DNA from: an uncultured Actinomycetes bacterium
GTDB lineage: Bacteria > Actinomycetota > Acidimicrobiia > IMCC26256 > PALSA-555
Direction: 5' to 3'
Length of the DNA stretch: 64,000 nt
NCBI GenBank assembly: GCA_963821325.1
Contig: CAWGDC010000001.1
Coordinates: 201,794-265,793 of the forward strand
The notes under the pieces are model-generated. The model made no database searches. It saw only the letters and a list, made by a program, of their open reading frames with translations, and had not been told where the DNA came from. The position numbers and the translations under genes were made by a program. This document shows positions 55,873 through 64,000 of this stretch, piece by piece. The number at the start of each line of letters is the position of its first letter. Position 1 is the first letter of the stretch.

Positions 55873-56799
55873 GTGGCCATGATCGAGGCGCGAGGGCTCA
55901 CCAAGCGCTACGGGGCGACGTTGGCGGTCGACGATCTCACCTTCGACGTCACACCGGGCCGCGTCACGGGCTTCCTCGGACCGAACGGGGCCGGCAAGAC
56001 CACGACGATGCGCCTCATCCTCGGGCTCGACCATCCGACCGCCGGGACGGTCACGATCGACGGCCGCCGCTACGGCGACCTGCGCTTCCCCCTCCACGAG
56101 GTCGGCGCCCTCCTCGACGCCTCGGCCGTCCATCCCGGGCGGCGGGCCGAGCAGCACCTGTGGGCCCTCGCGCAGAGCAACCGGATCCCGCGCCGCCGGG
56201 TGCACGAGGTCCTCGAGCTCGTCGGCCTCACCGCCGTGGCCCGCAAGCGGATCGGCACCTTCTCCCTCGGCATGAACCAACGCCTCGGAATCGCCGCGAC
56301 GCTCCTCGGCGACCCCGGCGTGCTCATGTTCGACGAGCCGGTCAACGGCCTCGACCCGGAGGGCATCGTCTGGATCCGACACCTGTTCAAGCGGCTCGCC
56401 GCCGAGGGCCGCACGGTGTTCGTCTCCAGCCACCTCATGAGCGAGATGGCCCTGACCGCCGAGAACCTCATCGTCATCGGCCGGGGCCACCTCATCGCCG
56501 AAGGCACCATCGACGAGCTCACCCGCCGCACCGCCGGGAACGTGCTCGTACGGTCCCCCGCCGCCGAGCAGCTCACCCGGCTGCTCACGGAGCAGCACGC
56601 CCAAGTCGACGCCGACGCCGGCGCCCTCCGGGTCCGCGGCATGACGGCACCCGCGATCGGCGAGCTCGCCGCGGCGCACGGGATCGTGCTCCACGAGCTG
56701 GCACCCGAGCAGGCGTCGCTGGAAGAGACCTTCTTCGAGCTCACCGGTGAGAGCGTCGAGTACCGCGCCGACGAGCCCGTGCCGAGCCTAGGAGCGTGA
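55873..56799 (+). CDS. ABC transporter ATP-binding protein (ABC-2/DrrA-type)
   Basis: Walker A GPNGAGKTT, signature FSLGMNQRL, Walker B VLMFDEP. Confidence 0.9.
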   Translation: MAMIEARGLTKRYGATLAVDDLTFDVTPGRVTGFLGPNGAGKTTTMRLILGLDHPTAGTVTIDGRRYGDLRFPLHEVGALLDASAVHPGRRAEQHLWALAQSNRIPRRRVHEVLELVGLTAVARKRIGTFSLGMNQRLGIAATLLGDPGVLMFDEPVNGLDPEGIVWIRHLFKRLAAEGRTVFVSSHLMSEMALTAENLIVIGRGHLIAEGTIDELTRRTAGNVLVRSPAAEQLTRLLTEQHAQVDADAGALRVRGMTAPAIGELAAAHGIVLHELAPEQASLEETFFELTGESVEYRADEPVPSLGA

Positions 56800-57665
56800 G
56801 CCAGATGGCCACCACGATGACCCCGGGCGCGCCGACCAGCCCACCGACCCCGCCGAACCCGCCGACGACCGGCTCGGAGGTGCGGGCGGTCCTCGCGTCC
56901 GAAGCCACGAAGCTGCGGACGGTCCGCTCGACGGTCTGGACGCTCTTCGCGACGCTCGTCGTGACGATCGGGATCGGGTCGCTGATCGCGCTGGCCCGCG
57001 TCAGCCGCTGGGACAACCTGAGCATCCACGACAAGCTCACCTTCGACCCGACGAACTTCAGCCTCCGGGGCGTCTTCCTCGCGCAGCTCGCGATCGGCGT
57101 GCTCGGAGTCCTCGTCGTTACCGGCGAGTACAGCAGCGGCATGATCCGCACGACGTTCGCCGCGGTTCCGCAACGCCGCATCGTGCTCGGCGCGAAGGCG
57201 TTCGTGTTCGCGGTCGTCGCGTTCATCGTGACCGCGGTCGGCTGCCTGGCCGCGTTCCTGATCGGGCAGGCCATCTTCGCCGGGACCCGACTGCCCACCG
57301 GCGCGCCGCTGGGCGTCTCGCTGACGTCCCCGGGTGCGCTGCGGTCGGTGTTCGCCGCCGCCTTCTACCTCACGGTCGTCGGGCTCATCGGGCTGGCCTT
57401 GGGGTCGTTGCTGCGCCGCACGCCCGGCGCGATCGCGACCCTGTTCGGGATCGTCTTCGTGCTGCCCATCCTCACGAGCGCGCTGCCGTCGCCCTGGGAC
57501 ACCGATGTCGGCAAGTACCTGCCGAGCGGCGCCGGGGTCGCGGCCTTCACGGTGAGGCACACCAGCGACCTGCTCCATCCCGGCGCGGGGCTGGCCGTCT
57601 TGGCGGGCTACGCCATCTTCGCCTTGTGGCTCGCGGGGTTCGCGCTGACCCGACGCGACGCCTGA
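56796..57665 (+). CDS. ABC-2 type transporter permease
   Basis: Overlaps the ATPase stop by 4 nt. Six hydrophobic segments. 289 aa. Confidence 0.8.
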   Translation: MSQMATTMTPGAPTSPPTPPNPPTTGSEVRAVLASEATKLRTVRSTVWTLFATLVVTIGIGSLIALARVSRWDNLSIHDKLTFDPTNFSLRGVFLAQLAIGVLGVLVVTGEYSSGMIRTTFAAVPQRRIVLGAKAFVFAVVAFIVTAVGCLAAFLIGQAIFAGTRLPTGAPLGVSLTSPGALRSVFAAAFYLTVVGLIGLALGSLLRRTPGAIATLFGIVFVLPILTSALPSPWDTDVGKYLPSGAGVAAFTVRHTSDLLHPGAGLAVLAGYAIFALWLAGFALTRRDA

Positions 57666-57675
57666 CGCCGGGCGG

Positions 57676-58332
57676 TCACGCCCCGGCGATCAGGCGAAGG
57701 TTCACGACGAAGAACGCGAGGCCGGCGGCCAGGCTGCAGACGTGCCAGAACTCGTGGTACCCGAACCACCGGGCTTCGGGTCGTGGCCAGTGCAGCGCGA
57801 ACAGCACGGCGCCCACCGTGTACACGACGCCACCGAGCACGGCCACGGCGAGCAGGTCCGGGCGGCGAGCGAGCGTCGGCACCACCGCGAGGGCCGCCCA
57901 CCCGAGCACGATGTACAGCGCCGAGATGACGTGGGGAAACCGGTCGTGTGCGAGCGTCGTCACCGCGATCCCGGTGAGCGCGCCGCCCCACGCCACCCCG
58001 AGCAGCGCCCAGCGTGCCGACCCGTGCAGCGCCAGGAGACACACCGGCGTGTAGGTGCCGGCGATCAGCACGTAGATCATCGCGTGGTCGAGCCGCTTCA
58101 TGATCCGTCGGGCGCGCGGCGAGCGGGCGTACAGGTGGTACGTCGAGCTGGTGACGTACAGCGCGATCGTCGCGACGCCGTACACCCAGGCGGCGATGAC
58201 GCCGGTCGAGGTGTGCGCATCGGCGAGCAGCCAGACGACGCCGCCGAGGGACACGAGTGCTGCGACTTGATGCAGCCGGCCCCGCAGACGAGGCACGGTG
58301 ACCGTGACGGACACGCTCACGCGTTGCATCAT
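57676..58332 (-). CDS. hemolysin III / PAQR family membrane protein
   Basis: ATG 58332 (MMQRV…). 7 hydrophobic segments with SSTYHL…LDHAMIY…YHEFWHV. The rest of track ORF 57676..59427 is an artefact antisense to the phosphoesterase gene. Confidence 0.8.
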   Translation of the reverse strand: MMQRVSVSVTVTVPRLRGRLHQVAALVSLGGVVWLLADAHTSTGVIAAWVYGVATIALYVTSSTYHLYARSPRARRIMKRLDHAMIYVLIAGTYTPVCLLALHGSARWALLGVAWGGALTGIAVTTLAHDRFPHVISALYIVLGWAALAVVPTLARRPDLLAVAVLGGVVYTVGAVLFALHWPRPEARWFGYHEFWHVCSLAAGLAFFVVNLRLIAGA

Positions 58333-58674
58333 GGCAGCGCCGGTCGGCCGCGCCACGGATCCACGGCCCGACCGCACGGTGACCGGCGTCACGATCGCCG
58401 CCCGTCGCGGGTCGCCTCCCCTCCATCCCGACGACACGCCGTCGTCACCTGATCGCCACCGTGCACCCCACGCGACGCGGACCCGCGGACTGATCGATGG
58501 GTGGACTGGCGTGGCGGCAATTCGCTCGTGCAGACTCCCGGCCGTGCGAGCGCCCCTCGTCCTCGGGATCGACGGTTCGACGCGTCCGGCCGGTCCCACG
58601 AGCGGGCGCTCCCGGCGAGGCACGGTCAGCGCGGACGTCCTCGTGTGCTCGACGGCGTGACGAACCCGCACCCC

Positions 58675-60042
58675 ATGGACCGTCGCGTGTCGCGGCGGCG
58701 CTTCGTGCAGGTCGGCGCCGCGCTGGGTGCGGCGGCCGCCCTCCCCTCCGCCGCACGAGGCTGGGCGCTCGGCTCGGTCACGTCGCCGCCGGTGCGTCGC
58801 CCGGGCTCGCTGCCCAACCCGCGACGACCACCGGGCACCGACCTCCTGCCGCAGATCGAGCACATCATCGTCGTGATGCAGGAGAACCACTCCTTCGACA
58901 ACTACCTCGGCGTGCTCGGGCGCGGCGACGGTTTCCACCTCGACGGGTCGCACCACCCGACGAACACCAACCTTGACGCCCAGGGCGACGACGTCCGGGC
59001 CTTCCCGATGGCGAACGCCTGCCAGACGGACGGCCCCAGCCAGGCGTGGAACGCCAGTCACATCTCGTACGCGGGTGGCCGCAACGACGGGTTCGTGCGG
59101 GCGAGCGGACCGGTCGCGATGGGCTACTTCACCGCCCAGGACATCCCCTTCTATTTCAGCCTCGCGAAGACGTTCCCGCTGTGCGACCGGTGGTTCTGCT
59201 CGGTGTTGGCCCAGACGTACCCGAACCGGCGCTTCCTGCTGGCCGGCACGGCGTACGGGGCGGTGAGCACGGACGTGAAGTACCTGCTGGCGCCGTCCCC
59301 GCCGAACGGGACGATCTACGACCTCATGAACGCGCACGGTGTCACGTGGCGCGACTACTACACCGATCTGCCCCAGCCGGGACTGTTCAAGTCGGTGTAC
59401 GACACCAACATGGACAAGATCGTCCACGTCAGCCAGTTCTTCGCCGACGCGGCCGCCGGGACCCTCCCGTCGGTCAGCTACGTCGACCCGGCGTCGGAGA
59501 CGGGCTCCGAGGAGAGCCCCCAGGACATCCAGGTGGGTGAGGCGTTCGTGTCACGGATCGTGCAGGCCGCGATGCAGGGGCCCGGCTGGGACAAGACCCT
59601 CCTCATCTGGACCTACGACGAGCACGGCGGCTACTACGACCACGTCCCGCCCCCGCCCGCGGTCAGGCCCGACGACATCCCACCCGACATCACGGTCCCA
59701 CCCGACCAGCCCGGCGCGTACGACCGCCTCGGCTTCCGGGTCCCGGCCGCGATCGTGTCCCCGTTCGCCCGACGGGACTACGTGTCCCACGTCGTGCACG
59801 ACCACACGTCGATCCTGAAGCTCATCGAGACGAAGTGGAACCTGCCGGCGCTCACCTACCGGGACGCCAACGCCGACGACCTGCTCGACGCTGTGGACCT
59901 GCACGCCGCACCCGCGTTCCGCGAGCCCCCGCACCTCGCCGCGCCGGGCCTCACCTCGGCGCCGTCGGCGTGCGTGCCCGGTCAGGCCGGCGTCATCCCC
60001 CCACCCGGCGCGCTGCTGCCCCCCACCGTCCGCGCCCACTGA
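58675..60042 (+). CDS. Tat-exported phosphoesterase family protein (phospholipase C / acid phosphatase AcpA-like)
   Basis: ATG 58675. Twin-arginine signal MDRRVSRRRFVQVGAALGAAAALP. Family motif IVVMQENHSFDNYLG. Confidence 0.85.
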   Translation: MDRRVSRRRFVQVGAALGAAAALPSAARGWALGSVTSPPVRRPGSLPNPRRPPGTDLLPQIEHIIVVMQENHSFDNYLGVLGRGDGFHLDGSHHPTNTNLDAQGDDVRAFPMANACQTDGPSQAWNASHISYAGGRNDGFVRASGPVAMGYFTAQDIPFYFSLAKTFPLCDRWFCSVLAQTYPNRRFLLAGTAYGAVSTDVKYLLAPSPPNGTIYDLMNAHGVTWRDYYTDLPQPGLFKSVYDTNMDKIVHVSQFFADAAAGTLPSVSYVDPASETGSEESPQDIQVGEAFVSRIVQAAMQGPGWDKTLLIWTYDEHGGYYDHVPPPPAVRPDDIPPDITVPPDQPGAYDRLGFRVPAAIVSPFARRDYVSHVVHDHTSILKLIETKWNLPALTYRDANADDLLDAVDLHAAPAFREPPHLAAPGLTSAPSACVPGQAGVIPPPGALLPPTVRAH

Positions 60043-60076
60043 GCCGGCCGCGTCGGCCGCGGCGCGCGAGCGCGGG

Positions 60077-61520
60077 TCAGGCCCGCGGTGGTCCGGTGCG
60101 GGCAAACGCGACGAGGCGCGCCAGATCGTCGGGTTTGTCGAGCTGGATCACCGCGGTGACCGGCTTCCCGGGGCCCGTGACGAGACGCAGCGCGTGCGCG
60201 CCGTCGCTCCCCGCGGCGGGCGTCCCGGCGGTGAGCACCACGAACGGGGTCTTCTCGTCGAGCTCGTGGAGGACCGCCGCCTTCGCGAGCGTCCGCCACA
60301 GCGTCTCGGTGCGTCGCAGACCGGGACGGGCGCTCGTGAATCCCCCCGGCACATCGAACAGCCACGGACGTCCCGCGTCGTCAGCGGCACGGAAGGTCAC
60401 GCCGAGGCCGGCGGGGAGCGGCACCGCGGTCTCGACCGTCGCGAACCCGGCCTGGACCAGCGCCTCGTGCGCGACGTCCTTCGCGGCGCGGCCGGCGCGG
60501 ATCGCGCGCGCCACGGCCGTCCCGGTGGGGTGTGCGCCCTCGACCTCCGGTCCGACGCCGCGCTCCGCAGCGGCGCCGGTGGTCCGCTGGAGCAGGCGTC
60601 GCTCGGCGGCCAGGCGGGTGTTGGCCTGCTCGATGTAGGCGGCGTCCGTGTCGTAGCCGACGTAGTGCCGGCCGGTCCGGAGCGCGGCCAGCGCGGTGGT
60701 CCCGGATCCGAGGAACGGGTCGAGCACGAGGTCGTCGACGTAGGTGTAGAGGTGGATGAGCCGGGTGGGGAGCTCGACCGGGAAGGGTGCCGGGTGCCCG
60801 ACGCGGCGGGCGCTCTCGGCGGGGATCTCCCACAGGTCGGTCGTGGCCTCCATGAACTCGTCCCGCGACAGCGAGCTCTCCGACGGCAGTCCGTCGCCGC
60901 GCCCGGGCCCGTGCGGTCCGGGCCCGGTCGAAGCGGCCCTTCGACGCGACGACGATCCGCTCCGTGAGGTCGCGCAGCACCGGGTTCGAGGGACGTTGGA
61001 AGGAGCCCCACGCGCAGGACCCGGCGCTGCCACGCGCCTTCTGCCAGATGATCTCGCCGCGCAGCAGCAGGTGCAGGTCGTCTTGGAGGATCCGGACGAC
61101 GTCGGCGGCGAGCGACCGGTAGGGGCGACGGCCCAGGTTCGCGACGTTGATCGCCATCCGGCCGCCCGGCTCGAGGGTCCGCACGCACTCCCCGAACACG
61201 TCGCGCAGCATCGCGAGGTAGTCCAGGTAGGTCGCGGGGACGTCACCGACGCCGAGCGCCGCCTCGTACTCCTTGCCCGCGAAGTACGGCGGGGAGGTGA
61301 CGACCAGCGCGACGGAACGGTCGGGGATCTCGGGCATCGAGCGGGCGTCGTGCGCGAAGACGGCGTCGATCGCCTTGTGGGGGTCCACGTCCGACTCGCC
61401 GCTGAGGATCGGGGGGCGGAAGCGGGCGTAGAAGTCGCTCGCGTCGTGGTTCTCCCGACGCGACACCCCGAACTTCGACGTCGCGGTGGGCCGGCGCCGA
61501 TCCCCCGCCGTCGCTGCCAT
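60077..61520 (-). pseudogene. beta-class N4/N6 DNA methyltransferase with ~190-aa uncharacterised C-terminal domain; one frameshift
   Basis: Motif IV VVTSPPYF precedes motif I DPFLGSGTTALAA (beta order). Track ORFs 60381..61760 and 60077..61246 join between …KGRFDRA… and …LPSESSLSRDEFMEATTDLWEI… within the G3/C3-run stretch around 60890-60935. Start taken at ATG 61520. Length is 3n+1. Confidence 0.75.
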
Positions 61521-61893
61521 CCCGGCGATCGTACTGAGCGGCGGCGGCGAGCCGGCGGTCCCCCTTTCCGTCGGCCGGTCCTCGTCCCGCCACTCGAGAC
61601 GCCCGGTGTCGACCCGTCGCCGACGCCGGGCGGCGGCGGGTTGGATGTCAGCTGCCGGTCGGCGACGGGGCGATGTCGCCACGTCCGGCGTGTCCAGATT
61701 CCGCGGCAGCGGCACCCGCAGTGCGCGACCCAGCGCCTGGACCTGGTTGCGCCAGATCACGAGCGCGCGCCGTTGCTGCGCGCGGCCCTCGGGAGCGAGG
61801 CGAAGTTCGCGGCTGGGCGCCGCGGCGAGCGCTCGGAGATAGGCGTCTTCGAGGAGGGAGGTCCTGGAAGCCGGCGCCTCGACGCCCGGGCGG

Positions 61894-62280
61894 TCAGGAC
61901 GCGGGGTCGTCGCCGGGGTGCTTGGGCCGGTCGGGATGAGGACCCTGGTGAGGCGCCGGTGGGGTGGTCGTGGTCGTCGTCGTGGTGGGCAGGAGAACGA
62001 GATCGATCTCCACGGCGTGGGCCGCGGCGAGGATCGATGTCGCGCGGATCGCGGGGATCTGGCCGCTGCGTCCGAGTTGGCGGACGGTCGTCTCGAGGTT
62101 GGTCAGGTCGCGCCGGGCTGCCGCGGGGTCGAAACCGACCGCGTCGGCTCGCACGGCGGCCACCTGCGCCTGGAGCTGGCGCGCGGCGCCGGCCGGGAGC
62201 GTCAACGAGCTCGAGCCGCCGCCGCAGCCGGCCAAGAGCACCGTCACGACCACCGCGCCCGCCGCGCCGACGCGGGTCAC
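61894..62280 (-). CDS. lipoprotein with C-terminal poly-Thr/Pro tail
   Basis: GTG 62280 overlaps the kinase stop (GTGA). Lipobox VVTVLLAGC. Ends …LLPTTTTTTTTPPAPHQGP…. Confidence 0.65.
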   Translation of the reverse strand: MTRVGAAGAVVVTVLLAGCGGGSSSLTLPAGAARQLQAQVAAVRADAVGFDPAAARRDLTNLETTVRQLGRSGQIPAIRATSILAAAHAVEIDLVLLPTTTTTTTTPPAPHQGPHPDRPKHPGDDPAS

Positions 62281-63434
62281 GGGCGCACGGCCTGTCCGAG
62301 CTGGGTCAGCGCCCGGTTCAGCGGTGCCGGGGCCTGGCTCGGCGACGACGGGGCCGTCACCGGTGAGGGCGGCGGCGTGGCGGTCGAGGGCGACCCGTTG
62401 GTGAAGAGTGCGATCAGGCCGACGGTGCCGGCCACGGTGACCATGATGAGCAACGCGGCAACGGCGTTGGAGATCCGGCGGGGGGCGCGCCGTCGCGTCG
62501 GTGCGGACCGCCGCTCGGGTCGCCGCCACCGCTCGGTGCGGGCGGCTGGTCGACGCAGGGTCGCGGTCGACAACGGTGTCACGAGCCGCACCGTCGCGGT
62601 CGTGGCTGATCGGCTGCCGAGCGCTCGGCTCATGTCGGGAGCGGTCGCGAACCGCGACGCCGGATCGAGCGCCATCGCCTGCTCGATGACGGCCACGAGC
62701 CGCGGGTCGAGGTCGGGACGCTCCCGTTGCAGCGGCTGCGCCGAACCGGCGAGCGCAGCGTGGGCGACCGCCAGCGGGCTGTCACCTCGGAAGGGTGGGC
62801 TGCCCGACGCCGCCTCGTAGAGGAGGACACCGAGCGAGTACAGATCCGTGCGGGGTGACGCCGGTGCTCCGGTGTGTCGCTCCGGGGCGATGTAGGCCGG
62901 TGTGCCGACAAGCATCCCAGTGGCGGTCAGATCGACCGCTTCGAGCATCTTGGCAATGCCGAAGTCGGCCACCTTCACCTGCCCGCGCGAGGCGAGGAGC
63001 ACATTGCTCGGCTTGATGTCGCGGTGCACGATCCGGGCGTCATGCGCGGCATCGAGGGCCGCCAGGATCTGCGAGGCGACGGCCCGCAACCGCGCCTCGT
63101 AGAAGGGGGCTTCAGCGATCTCGTGCGCCAACGTCCGTCCCGACAGGCGCTCCATCACGATGAACGCTCGACCCCGTTCCTCACCCGAGTCGAAGACGCT
63201 CAGGACGTTGGGGTGCGACAGTTGCGCGGCCACGCGCGCCTCGCGCTCGAATCGTTCGCGCACGTCCTCGGACGAGCTCAAGTCCGTCCGCAGCAGCTTG
63301 ATGGCGACGCGGCGCTCGAGACGGACATCGAGCCCATCGTGGACGTCGCCCATGGCGCCCCCACCCAGGCGCGGACCGAGGCGATATCGGTCCGCGAGCA
63401 GCTTCGGCCGGGTCTCCCCGGGCGCCGTGGGCAT
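62277..63434 (-). CDS. Hanks-type serine/threonine protein kinase with C-terminal TM anchor
   Basis: GGGAMGDVH…VAIK, HRDIKPSNVLL, DFGIAK, GTPAYIAPE. TM AVAALLIMVTVAGTVGLIALF. ATG 63434 has GAAGGGA 8 nt upstream. In-frame ATGs at 63479 and 63512 are alternatives. Confidence 0.88.
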   Translation of the reverse strand: MPTAPGETRPKLLADRYRLGPRLGGGAMGDVHDGLDVRLERRVAIKLLRTDLSSSEDVRERFEREARVAAQLSHPNVLSVFDSGEERGRAFIVMERLSGRTLAHEIAEAPFYEARLRAVASQILAALDAAHDARIVHRDIKPSNVLLASRGQVKVADFGIAKMLEAVDLTATGMLVGTPAYIAPERHTGAPASPRTDLYSLGVLLYEAASGSPPFRGDSPLAVAHAALAGSAQPLQRERPDLDPRLVAVIEQAMALDPASRFATAPDMSRALGSRSATTATVRLVTPLSTATLRRPAARTERWRRPERRSAPTRRRAPRRISNAVAALLIMVTVAGTVGLIALFTNGSPSTATPPPSPVTAPSSPSQAPAPLNRALTQLGQAVRP

Positions 63435-63641
63435 GGCGAGCGTCCCTTCTGGCGGTGCGACCCGTCGCGGCCCGGGCATCCGCCCGAGTGCGACGCCGAG
63501 CCGCTCCGTCATGCGATGTCGCGACGACGCCGGCTCCTGGCCGACGAGTCACCGCCGCGCGTACCCCGCAGCCCGGCCGGCCAACCCAGCCCGCCGCGCC
63601 TCGTACCGGGCTCGCTCGCGGGGCCCGTTCCGCGTCCGATG

Positions 63642-64000
63642 TCAGAAGACGCGGAGCTGGCGCACGGTCGCGAGGTCGGCCGGGTCCCCGGTGGCCTCAA
63701 CCCCCAGCTCGTCCCACGTCCCTCGATGGGTGATCCAGCGTACGAAGGCGGCCGAATCGCTCTGCACCCGAGCCGATGCCGCGCCCGACCCCAAGGTGAT
63801 CGTCCGAGCCCCCGGACCGGTGAGCACGCACTCGACGCAGCCGCCGAGGGACGCGACGCGATCGACGTTCTGTTGGGGCAGCGCGGCGGCGACCCAGTCG
63901 AGCGCGGGGGTGAGGCGCACCTCGTCCGACGCGGGTGGCGGCCCGGGCAGCGGGCCACGCGGCGCGAACAGGTCGGCCCGAATGTGGGTGTAGTGGTCGA
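63642..64000 (-). CDS. mycothiol-dependent maleylpyruvate-isomerase-family (DinB/MDMPI-like) protein, 5' end outside window
   Basis: The frame is open from the window edge (DHYTHIRADLFAP…LTPALDWVAAAL…FVRWITHRGTWDELGVEATGDPADLATV). Confidence 0.6.
   Translation of the reverse strand, partial: DHYTHIRADLFAPRGPLPGPPPASDEVRLTPALDWVAAALPQQNVDRVASLGGCVECVLTGPGARTITLGSGAASARVQSDSAAFVRWITHRGTWDELGVEATGDPADLATVRQLRVF

Noticed and set aside
36023-58401. Recurring TGAC-N(0-3)-GGCGTCA near-palindromes upstream of three operons (36023-36036, 55824-55834, 58388-58401) as a shared regulatory motif
   Set aside because: CGGCGTCA-type octamers are expected to be frequent by chance in DNA of this composition. 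The spacing differs in each case. Without genome-wide counts I cannot claim enrichment.
60381-61760. Longer N-terminus for the DNA methyltransferase (start at 61760)
   Set aside because: The extra 80 residues are Arg/Pro-rich with weaker third-position GC. I kept ATG 61520 but flagged the uncertainty. The C-terminal part of this track ORF beyond about 60900 is out of frame.

Overview
Very GC-rich (by eye >70 %) chromosomal segment. Mycothiol-type, F420/Ddn-type, Rv2466c-type and Hanks-kinase genes point to an actinobacterium. I can support about 60 genes. Most belong to a lipid/steroid-like catabolic repertoire: 9 SDRs, 4 PF04909-type amidohydrolases, 2 crotonases, an alpha/beta acyl-CoA dehydrogenase pair, an HMGCS-like/DUF35/thiolase triad, an acyl-CoA synthetase and 3 VOC proteins. 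Also present are a HyuB/HyuA + GMC oxidoreductase divergon, a cell-envelope glycosyltransferase cluster, an ECF sigma unit, an ABC-F ATPase, an ABC-2 exporter, a Tat-exported phosphoesterase, an orphan DNA methyltransferase and a Ser/Thr kinase. The only clearly accessory DNA is a ~4 kb lower-GC islet (22.0-26.1 kb). It sits at a tRNA-Cys gene and is bracketed by two decayed copies of that tRNA. It carries a nitroreductase, a complete IS1182-family element (14-bp inverted repeats, ATGA target duplication) and a compact HTH + pol-beta nucleotidyltransferase pair that looks like a miniature AbiE/MenAT-type toxin-antitoxin module. The second striking property is reading-frame damage. At least 10 genes carry single-base frameshifts, mostly localisable to short G/C homopolymers. 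A 1.45 kb stretch (27.34-28.75 kb) holds about 20 of them, nearly all insertions. I cannot tell sequencing artefact from real decay using the sequence alone. Many long antisense or alternative-frame ORFs in the track are high-GC artefacts and were ignored. No CRISPR array, integrase, restriction endonuclease or rRNA was seen.
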